DNA from: Marsupella aquatica
Taxonomy: Eukaryota > Plantae > Marchantiophyta
Length of the DNA: 64,000 nucleotides
NCBI GenBank assembly: GCA_973895155.1
Contig: OZ316894.1
Coordinates: 5,108,944 to 5,172,943 of the forward strand
Reading direction: 5' to 3'
Both the position numbers and the translations under genes were made by a program. The notes below the pieces were generated by a model. The model worked only from the letters and a program-made list of their open reading frames with translations. It made no database searches and was not told the DNA's origin. The stretch's first letter is position 1. Each line of letters starts with the position of its first letter. This document shows, piece after piece, positions 1 to 9,649 of this stretch.

Positions 1-1645
1 TCTCAACTTTTCCTTCCAAAGGTACTCAGAAGAAACTAGTAATCAATCACTTCCATATCCAGTCAGTACTCTGAGTCATGAATAATAAACACCATCATGA
101 TCAAATTGAAGTCACAGGTAATTGGTGAGTAACAATCTTTGCATCCGTGCACAAGCAATGTCACGCCAAAAACTATGCATCAAGAACTCAAGAAGATGGG
201 TTGTCACCACTTAAGGAATCTATTCCCTCATACTTCTGAGATTCAACTTCATACAAGTAATTTTACTTCCATGATCTAAACTTTCAATCATTCAGACCAA
301 GGAAGGGAGAAGAATTCCTTTGCATTTGCAAGCTCCATACCATACAAAGACACACGAAAGCTTTGCAAAGGTGATTCTAGTGTTGCAGCACATGCCACAG
401 GCACTACTTTATTTCTTCACACTCGAGAATGACACAAATTCTACTTCACATAGGCTAGCAGGAACCCAAGGAGACTGAGATACTGAAAGGACGTGCCCTT
501 TCATATCTAAAGGGACTTGAATAAACTTAATGACGGTCATCCTTGAAAAGTGAATGGACACTGCTGAAAGTGTCAAAAATGCAGGGAACGCTTCTCAAAG
601 CGTCGAGGTTTGAGCGGACGCTTTGCAAAGCGTCGGTGTTTGCGGTAAAACTAATAAACAGTGATCTTAATCTAATTTTAACTTCTAAACTAAAAGTCGA
701 AAGGTTGAAACTTTTCTAGGGTACTCTACTACATATAATCTCTATGCTGGCAAAGTTTCAGACTTTTCTGAGATCTCTAAGTGTCTCAAATAAATCGGTA
801 AAAGTGGCGCGGTGTTATAAAAGTGCGAAAACTGAAAATATTTCTAAGTGTCGGAAACATAGTGGACGCTTCAGAAAGCGTCCAAAAATACAAGGGACTT
901 TTGTGGACGCTTCAGAAAGCGTCGGCTGAATTTTGAGGTTTGGTCGAAGCGTCCGTCTTCTGGTCTTCGGGCGGGACGCTTCCGTGGGCGTCGCAGTCAA
1001 TGTTGCCTTCGGGGTAGCAGACGCTTCTGTGGGCGTCGCTCCTCATGTGGATTGCAGAGCGTCGAAGTACAACTGGTTGGGTGGCGGACGCTTCAGAAAA
1101 CGTCGTGGTCTTGGGTGGACGCTTCAGAAAGCGTCCAAAAATACAAGGGACGCTTCAGAAAGCGTCGGCGAAGTCGCGGCTATGCAAAAATAGCTAAACT
1201 AAAATAATTTTAACTTTCAAACCACATGTCGGTTTGAGATGAAACTTTCAGGAATGATTCTACTATGTAACTACTAACTCCTGAAAAAGTATGAGACTTT
1301 TCTGACCATGATAGCTATTTAATTAAAATAGCAAAGATCGGTTGATTGTGATAATTGCACACAGAGCTCATTCTTGCTGAAGAAGTGTTTTGGAGGCCAG
1401 TTCTTGAATCTTCTAGTCTGCATTGCTTATCCAATGATGTCCAGTCTTCTTTCTTGGTAGCATGTAAAGAGCAAGGATTTATATTGTTGATCCTTATCCA
1501 ATAGAGGCAATAGCCTCCGATGAAGCATAACGTTAGGTAAAGTGTTCAGTTGATCTAAATTACTACAAAAGGTAACTAAATTGCACCTTTGAGTTAGAAA
1601 AAGTTTAAAATTTATAAAATTCCCATCATTTCTAACTAATGTACA
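1..1645 (-). mobile_element. Probable LTR (partial, runs off the left edge) of another retrotransposon, nested into the gypsy pol
   Basis: Non-coding. It ends ...AATGTACA (TGTACATT on the minus strand) exactly where gypsy pol coding sequence begins (CAT TAC AGA CCT GAT TGG CAG = HYRPDWQ). The AT-rich terminus followed by GC-rich GGACG repeats resembles the layout of the 46024-49813 element. The other end and TSD are not visible. Confidence 0.5.
556..1168. repeat. Cluster of about 10 short palindromic motifs GGACGCTT-N3-AAAGCGTC
   Basis: Copies start near 556 (deaminated), 586, 616, 864, 905, 974, 1020, 1086, 1117 and 1148. Two sub-arrays have a 30-31 bp period. Confidence 0.85.
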
Positions 1646-2052
1646 GCATTACAGACCTGATTGGCAGTCATGAGATGCTCGATTGAGCAAATTGCCAGTG
1701 AGATTTAGTGGACCTGTGGGAGGCCCTAAATCCACACCATTGTCTTTGGCAGCATTCAATGGTGTAATTGTTGGACCTAATGATTTGATTGAGGGTAATG
1801 CGCATGCAACAGATGTTCCACCATTGGAGGAGTCTCATGAGGAGCACATCATGCAAGGATTACCTGTTGGCAGTATTGTGCCACCAATGTGGGGCACTGC
1901 ACAGGCCTTGCCACAGGTAGTAGCACAATTGGTACATGATACATGGCGTCATGCTTTTACACCACAGTTAGGACCAGAGCAGTCTCTTGCAGATGGACCT
2001 GTGACTCTTTCACCATTGGATACCACTCCTATTGCTTGGCAGTATCCACCGA

Positions 2053-3035
2053 AGGGTATTTATTTGTTGGATCTTTTTGGTGGGATTAGCACTGGATTGG
2101 CTGCTGTTCTTCAAGCAGGAATTCCTGTGCGTCATTATCTGTATGTGGAGATAGATAGATGAGACAACACGGAGGGTCTCATTGCGACATGTGGCTATGT
2201 TGGTGGATAGATACTCACAGTTGCTGCCAGTGGATGTTGTTCGTGGTTATCAGCATGCACTACCTGCTGATATTTCATTGTTGGGGGCGGATCATCTGCA
2301 TCGTGTTGGCCCCATTGATTTGGTGATTGCTGGTTGGCCATGTCAGGGCCAATCTAGAGCTGGCGTTGGGCATGGACTTCATGATCCATGCTCTGCATTG
2401 TTTTGGGAGATGTTACGGGTGCTGCGTCATCTCCAACTACATTAGACACAGTCTCCAGCATACATTTTGGAGAATGTGCCATTGTTAGGTGATGATCGTA
2501 GTCGGATTGTTGCCAGTGTTCATCAGATGAGGTCTTGGATTGGACCTGCTGTGTTATTGGATGCTGCACGTGTGGGTTCTCGTGCACATCGTCCATGCTT
2601 GTGGTGGACTAATTTGATCCCATGTGAGGTGCTGAAGCGCGCATTTGATAGCATTTCACGCTCACCAGCCTTAGTGGTGGATGATATTTTGGATCCAGGG
2701 CGTCATGCACAGGGTGTGACCCAACCTGATAGACCTCCATTGGCAGTAGTCAATGCAGTTGGACGCCCACGTTGTGAATTACCCACTCTTGTAAGCCACT
2801 CTGCTTCATATGCAATGCATTTAGAGCAGGTGGCCCTGGACTTGTGTGGGACACAGCTCTCCAGCAGTTAGTGCAGCCTACTGCTGATGAGAGAGAGTGT
2901 GCTATGGGATTTTTGACTGACACCACTGCAGTTGCCTCTGTGTCAGAGGGTTTGCGACGCCAGGTTCTTGGTCAAGCAATGGATCTGAATTGTTTGACTT
3001 GGATTATCAGCTTGGGAGTAGCTGAACAGTTGCGG
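2053..3035 (+). pseudogene. C5 cytosine DNA methyltransferase domain (DNMT3-like) within the gypsy pol; frameshifts and stops
   Basis: ORFs 1683-2162, 2182-2445, 2467-2871 and 2844-3203 give motif I LDLFGGISTG, motif II YVEID, motif IV GPIDLVIAGWPCQ, motif VI ENV, motif VIII AHRP(C)LWWTN and motifs IX/X ERECAMGF...RRQVLGQAMD. Confidence 0.9.
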
Positions 3036-3259
3036 ATGTGCTCTGCTGAAATTACTGATTGTCCCTTGGTGAGCTTGCGGTCCACTGAGACAGTGTTGAC
3101 CACAGTTGGGGGCGAGCAGACAGTCCATGGACCTATGGCAGGATTGGCCAAGGCTGGACAGATTGTTGAGCAGGAAGGGACTGCTCAATCTACTGCTAAA
3201 TAGCAATCATCGACTATCTCTTCTACCCTACAAAGAGATATTAGGAATTTGGTGGAGAG

Positions 3260-4618
3260 TTGGGAACCACGCTTGGCCCTAAGTTAATAGGGGAGGAGAG
3301 ACGTCGCATGCATCGATTCCTGAAGAGTTATTGGAATTGTTTTGCATTCAGCATGAAGGATTTGGGGACATTGAAGGGCCCTGGTATTCAGATTGAATTG
3401 GCTAGTGATGCGCCAATCTTTCATAGACCATACCGTTATAGTGACATGGAGAGAGCTTTGATTCAAAGCAAAACTCAAGATTTGTTGGAGGCTGGATTGG
3501 TGGAGATTTCATATGGGGAGTATGCATCTGCCACAGTGATGCCAGCCAAGAAAGATATGCATGGCAATTACACAGATAGACGCATGTGTGGTGATTATAA
3601 ACCTATTAATCGCCAAACAAAATCTGATCGATATGCCATGCCCACACCTGAGGAGATCTTTGATGTTGTGGGGCATGCAAAGGTTTTCAGTTCATTGGAC
3701 CTGAGGGCAGGGTATCATCAACTTCCAATTAGGCATGCTGACAGGTCCAAGACAACATTCTGGGGGATTGATTCTTATGGCAAAGATTGTTTGTATCAGT
3801 GGTTATTCTTACGATTTGGGTTGAAGAATGCACCAGCTGAGTTCCAGAGAGTCATGGATCGAATCCTTGTAGGTTTGGATTTTGTCAGATGTTATATTGA
3901 TGATATTTTGGTCTATTCTTCTATTGTGGAAGAACATCAACAGCACTTGCAGATTGTGTTGGAGAGATTGAGAGCACATGGGTTGAAGCTCCATCCTGGC
4001 AAGTGTAAGTTCTTCCAAGACCAGATTGAGTATTTGGGCCACACTATATACCCAGGGGGATTGGGTGTACAACAGACTAAAGTGGAGGCCATTACACAGA
4101 TTCCTCGTCCTACTGATGTGAGCAAAGTTCGTGCATTCTTGGGATTGGCGAGCTACTACAGGAGGTATGTTGAAGGAGTTAGCCAGCTTGCTAAACCTTT
4201 AACCATACTCACTAAGTTGGATCAGGAATGGACTTGGGGTGATGACCAGGAGCATGCCTTTCAAGAGTTGAAGCAAAGGTTGGCATCATCCCCTATTTTG
4301 AGAAGACCCATTTTAGGCAGACCATTTCAGCTACACACTGATTGGAGTGGAGTAGGACTTGGAGCAGTGTTGACTCAGAAAGATGATGAAGGGCATGAGT
4401 TTGTTGTGGCATATGTCAATAGATCAAACAATTCAGCAGAGGCTAAGTATAGCTCTTATGAGGGAGAGTGTTTGGCAGCAGTGTGGGCAGTGGCACACTT
4501 CCGCTGTTACTTGTTTGGTAATCCTTTCACTTTGATCACTAATCATCAGCCTCTCAAGTGGTTAATGGAGTCTGACAAGCTTACTGGGAAGCTTGCAAGA
4601 TGGGCATTGTTGTTGTAG
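3260..4618 (+). pseudogene. pol: Gypsy reverse transcriptase + RNase H (pol fragment)
   Basis: RRMCGDYKPIN, LDLRAGYHQ, FGLKNAPAEFQR, YIDD, LHTDWSGVGLGAVL, YSSYEGECLA, NHQPLKWL. Confidence 0.95.
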
Positions 4619-4654
4619 GAATATGATTTCCAAGTTGTACATAGACCTGGAAAG

Positions 4655-6326
4655 GTGAACTTGGATGCAGATGGGTTGAGCCGCAACCCATGTACCAGTC
4701 AGCAGGATGAGACTGGAGCCAGATGGCATGATGAGTTAGATAAGGAGATGGTGCCAGGATGGCATGCATTTGCCTTTCTTTGTTGGGTGCCAGCATACAG
4801 TGGATCTGTGGACTCTACCTCATTGGATGGAGTGGATGATGAGTCTTTAGATGCGGATGTTGGTGAGGTAACTATTGGACAACAAGATATTCACAATGAT
4901 GTGAGAGTGTTGGAATATTTGTGCAGTGGTTCTATTGTTGGCAGTGTTGATGCCAAAGAACGTGACAGGGTTCTACAGAGAGCCAAGAGGTTTTGATGGG
5001 AGGGAAACCATCTTTTGAAAGTATTGCATGATGGTAGGGTGTTGGTGGTACCAAAACCATCACAACAAGTACATTTCGTGCGACATGCACACAAAGAGTT
5101 GGGTCACTTTGGTGTGAAGCGCACTTATAGCTTGCTGCAAACATAATATTGGTGGCGTGGTATGCACACTCATGTCCAACAGTTGATAGCTAAGTGTGTG
5201 GTATGTGATAGAGTGAGAGCATCATTTAATGCTCCCACTCCCCAGTTGCACCCGTTACCGATCATGGGTTTGGGATATCGTTGGAGTTTGGATTTTGCTA
5301 GTCCATTACCTCTTACCCAACGTCATAATCGGTATGTTTTGGATGGTGGAGCACTTCTCCAAGTGGATTGAGCTAGTGGCGTTGCCAGATAAAGCCAATG
5401 GAGGAGTTGCTACTACATTTTTGGATCGTGTACTCAGTCATTTTGGAGCACCAGCTGAGGTGTTGACTGATCAGGGAACTGAGTTCCGTGGAGAGTTTGA
5501 GAGTTTGTGTGAACAAGCTCTGATTGATCATCGTACTACCTCTCGTGATCATCCTGAGGCAGATGGATTAACTGAGAGAGTTGTGCAAACTGTGAAGAGG
5601 GGATTGCGTAAGTATGGCTTGCAGGTTGGTCATTTGGGAGATTGGGATCTCCAACTATCTTGGTTAGCTATGGGCTACCATTTCAGTCGGCAAGCATCAC
5701 TTGCATTCTTCTCACCTTACTTTTTGCTCTATGGTAGAGAGCCAGATTTGCCAGCAGCTATTCGTCGTGATGCTGCACCAGTTGTGAACTTGGATGATCC
5801 TAATGTTTGGGTCAAGGTGTGTTCAGAGAGAGCACAGGTATTTCAGAGAGTGATGCCCATGGCTTTTGAAAACCTTGCCATTGCCCAACATCGTGATACT
5901 TTGAGGTATGCCACTATTCGTGGAGGAGGTTACCGTGCAAGCATTCGACGATTTCACCCTGGTGATTATGTTTATTTGCAGCAGATAGCACCCACAATAC
6001 TTGATGTGACCGCAGGCCGGACAATCTTACATGTGCATGAAGTGTTGCCTTCTGGTGTCCTGATGTTGGAGGGACGCGATGGTATGGTTTGGAAGGATCA
6101 TGTGTGCAACAGTGCACCATGTCACCTTCCCAACATTGATGGTACAGTAGATCCAAGCTTGGCACATGTTTGTGCTGGCTTGAAATGTATGTTGTGTGGG
6201 TCTGCTCAGGGAGCAACCACTATGTTGATTTGTGATAAGTGTTCTAGAGAATGGCACATGTCATGTTTGACACCACCATTGTAGGTGATTCCTAGTGGAT
6301 CATGGTTGTGTCCTCAGTGTCGGTGA
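4655..6326 (+). pseudogene. Gypsy integrase (H2C2 zinc finger + rve core) with a C-terminal PHD finger; stops and a frameshift
   Basis: HAHKELGHFG...CVVC, WSLDFA, VLTDQGTEF, HPEADGLTER. Then CMLC..LICDKC..WHMSCLTPPL*VIPSGSWLCPQCR* (Cys4-His-Cys3; internal TAG at 6282-6284, terminal TGA at 6324-6326). Confidence 0.92.
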
Positions 6327-6501
6327 AGCCGACTAGTTATCATTGGTGTTCTCTTGGCAGATATGGATTGAAGGTAGGTGATTGATGAGGCTCACTTGCA
6401 CCTGGCCTCCTGATCTTCACACTTAAAAAGGTGTATATCAACCTTGTAGAACTCATGGCTAGCTAGAGTCAGGGGACCTTACTCCCAGCTAGGGGAGTGA
6501 T

Positions 6502-7105
6502 TGTGGGTTTTGGACATGTGTGGACATGAGTTCCACTTGTATTCCATTCTCTTGTGTTTGTGATGTGGCAGTGTGACTATGTCTCGATGTATGTGACAAG
6601 CGATGTATGTTGTGTAGCGATGTGTATGCGCACGACAGCTGTCACACCATTCTAGGTAGTGTTAGAGTATATCGTACTATCTAGATCCGTATGTTTGGTA
6701 TGTGTGCTATATGAGCCGATAAGGTTCCGTCAAGTTTGTGTGAGAGGGTACTTCTCACTTGTGAGGCATTGAAAGGTCATCTTTCAATGTTGAGCCTTGG
6801 AGAGAGAGGAGCTTGAGTGTGGCTATGGTGACTGTGAGCTCCCCTTGTGTAACGTGGATTCCTTGAGTAGTGCAAGGTGCGTTGGCTCGACATATATGTG
6901 TGATCAGATCGGACGGGATTGAGTGCGTATTGTTGGTGTCAATCGTTGTGCCGATTGTATTGAGATTATTGTGGGTTTCGGACATGTGTGGACATGAGTT
7001 CCACTTGTATTCCATTCTCTTGTGTTTGTGATGTGGCAGTGTGATTATGTCTGGATGTATGTGACAAGCGATGTATGTTGTGTAGTGATGTGTATGCGCA
7101 CGACA
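6502..7105 (+). repeat. 3' LTR of the gypsy element, with 136-bp direct repeats at both ends (6502-6637 and 6970-7105)
   Basis: Follows the PPT. Both repeats run TGTGGGTTT...GCGCACGACA and are nearly identical. Confidence 0.85.
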
Positions 7106-9649
7106 TGTTGTATTACGGGATAGCCTCATGTTTTAGGAGATGAAACTTTTGTCAGACTCTGTGTTTCTGTATTTTCACCTCTACAATGCATGTTAACTTA
7201 AATCTAAAAACTTCAAATCCTCATTTCTATCAATTTTGGGAAAGAGGGGCTTTACCAGGCCCCTCTTGTGCCTGGTGGACTTGATGGGCACCAAAGATAA
7301 ATTTTAGACTTAACCAGCCCGTCTGATTGTGAAATGTCCAAAGCAGTTGAGATGTTGGTACACCTCACACTTGAAAGAAGTTGACACCAGGTCCTTCTCC
7401 ACTACGCAGGGTGCGACCACTTGACTCAGAGCACAACTCAATCTGAAGAATATACATTAAGCCTTGGTAGGACTCAATATTTTACTGGATTACAGAATGA
7501 ACCAGGTTGGAGCTGAAAACTGTTTGGTGTGATCTAGCTATGAAGTTCAAGTTACTTAACAGAAAAAGTTTTGTACATCTCCAACACTCAATCCTTTACA
7601 CATACTCAAATTGTTTTTCCCAAACTACTCTAGTGCAGTTTTCTTTAAATCATTTGTCATTCTAAAATGTATACAACATCGATCCAGTCCATCAGTTTTT
7701 GGAATTGTCAACCCCCTTCAAGAACAAAATTTATGGCTTGCTGACTAAAGAAAAGTGTCCGAATGTATAGTTTCCAGTTTGTGAAAAATTAATTGTCTAC
7801 AACAACCTTGCTGCTAGTGGGTTTACAGCCTTCTAGGGATATGTTCACTGTAGACACTTAATAGGGTTTTACATGAAATAAGAAGGTGAAATAGTTCCCA
7901 CACATTGAGCTAAGCCTGAAAATGGGTATTTAACCATAAAAAACCCCATTCACCATAAAAACTCCTTGAATTCTAATAAGTCAAGTCATCCAGTGAACTT
8001 GGGGATGAGCCAACCATAAATATGGCTGACTCATTCTTTAGATTGAAGATGGTTTTTTGCTTATTGAGAGGCCCTTTGGGTATGCTTTTTGTTGCAGTGA
8101 CAGGGCATTAAGGCTGGAAAAAGAATCAGTTTTCCAGGAGGGGCAGAAAGATCCCTCATCTTGGAACCTGTTTGTGATGGAGTCAAGCATTGTGCACATG
8201 GTACCAATTCAGTGGTTTATCTAAAGGACAAATGACCCGACTTTAGTGAAAATGCCCAGTGAGATAGGGCTTGACGTTGCTTCATGCCTGATGTTTGTTT
8301 TGTTTCCACCTTGTTTTTTCAGGAATTATTTATCTTGCACTTTCAGGTGTAAATGCCCTTGACAGCCTTTCCAAAATACAAACCCAAATCATGGGGAGGG
8401 CTTCATGGATTAATTAAATCAGTTGCTTAAGACGTCCAGTACTCACCTGAAGAAGAGTTCATTATCAACTAACCTGAGAATACAGCGGGTGGGTGTTGGT
8501 GGCATAGACTGGGGACAATCTGGAAAATCCATCAGCACTGATGTGTCAATCCTATAGTTCTTTGACCAATAGTCATGGGTATGCAGGAGAGCAAACATTA
8601 CTTTCACAGTTAAACAACAAAAAACTACATTTTCCAACCTTGAGTTTCTTCATGAGTTGGACCTCAAGACCTTTGCAAAATTCACAAAGAGTTTCTTCTT
8701 TAAAATGTGGTGCCTGTATCCCTGTCATCGATAAACTATCATGACCCAAAGCAACTTTCGGGATTGGTGAGTACTGCAGTGCTGGGTGACAAAACCCAAC
8801 AATAAAATCAACTCCTTTTAGAATGACATTATGCAGTTGTTTTTTGGCTTCACACAAATCACCTCCTTTCCGCATGACAATTTTGCAAACATTTTTTGGC
8901 TTTGCATGGGTACTAACAGTGACACTTCGGACTTATGCAAATACTGAGGGAACATGCTTTTCCAATTCAGGATACCCTTCTATATAATCTTTGAATGTTC
9001 TTGTCTAACTACCTTACCTTACCAGCATAGCCAGCTAGATTACCAAAAACAAAGGCATATGAGATCGATGCATACTATGAGATACAATAGTTTGAATCCA
9101 TGCACAACATCTGCTATATCTGTAAATTTCAACTGCCTAAGAGCCTTGTGCAATGTCATCAGACAAGCATTACACACATGTTGAGCCCAAGGCAAAATCC
9201 CTTCAGTCAGCTCCCCCTGCAAACCTGGAAAGTATTGGAAGCATTATATTGGTATCTAGATTTAAGTGGCCCATACTTTCCAGCTCCAAGTCATCAAGTG
9301 AGGGACACTTGCAGGTCCTTCACTTGAGCCAGACCAGGCCAATGTCCAACGCAAGCAAACAGTAATTGTTTGCCAGCAAGGAATGGTATTGTTATCACAC
9401 CTGTGGTTCTTTATCCACTTCATTTTGGCCCAATCTGGCTTCGTAGTGCATAATTATGTAGGACTCCACATAGCCAGCCAGTTTGCTAACCAGAAAAGAA
9501 GTAACAAAAATTAGGCTTTCTGGGCAATATGACACAAATTGGGCGAGTGAGAGACTACGTGTGCTAGCGAAGTGGTGCCGATTTGAGTTTTTCCGTTATA
9601 TGACAAAAACGTTTGCCAATAATGCCACCAAAAATTCCTCGCATGGTAC

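Larger units (their letters stand above)
1646..7105 (+). mobile_element. Degenerate Ty3/gypsy LTR retrotransposon carrying a C5 DNA methyltransferase and a PHD finger (5' part interrupted)
   Basis: Domain order is DNMT - RT (YIDD) - RNase H (LHTDWS) - integrase (HHCC, rve) - PHD. PPT AGGGGAGTGA at 6491-6500. LTR TG..CA at 6502-7105. Host unit sequence resumes at 7106 (compare 32881). Confidence 0.93.

Noticed and set aside
556-1168. CRISPR-like palindromic repeats
   Set aside because: Spacers are mostly about 11 bp and irregular, some are duplicated, there are no cas genes, and the context is a eukaryotic TE.
744-1193. Short ORFs in the left-edge element
   Set aside because: By-products of GC-rich repeats; no domain.
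2053-3035. Host DRM/DNMT3 gene or bacterial contaminant MTase
   Set aside because: Intronless, lacks the DRM motif permutation, is collinear with pol, and decays like the rest of the element.
6755-7129. 124-aa minus-strand ORF
   Set aside because: Antisense reading of the TG-rich LTR; crosses the element boundary.
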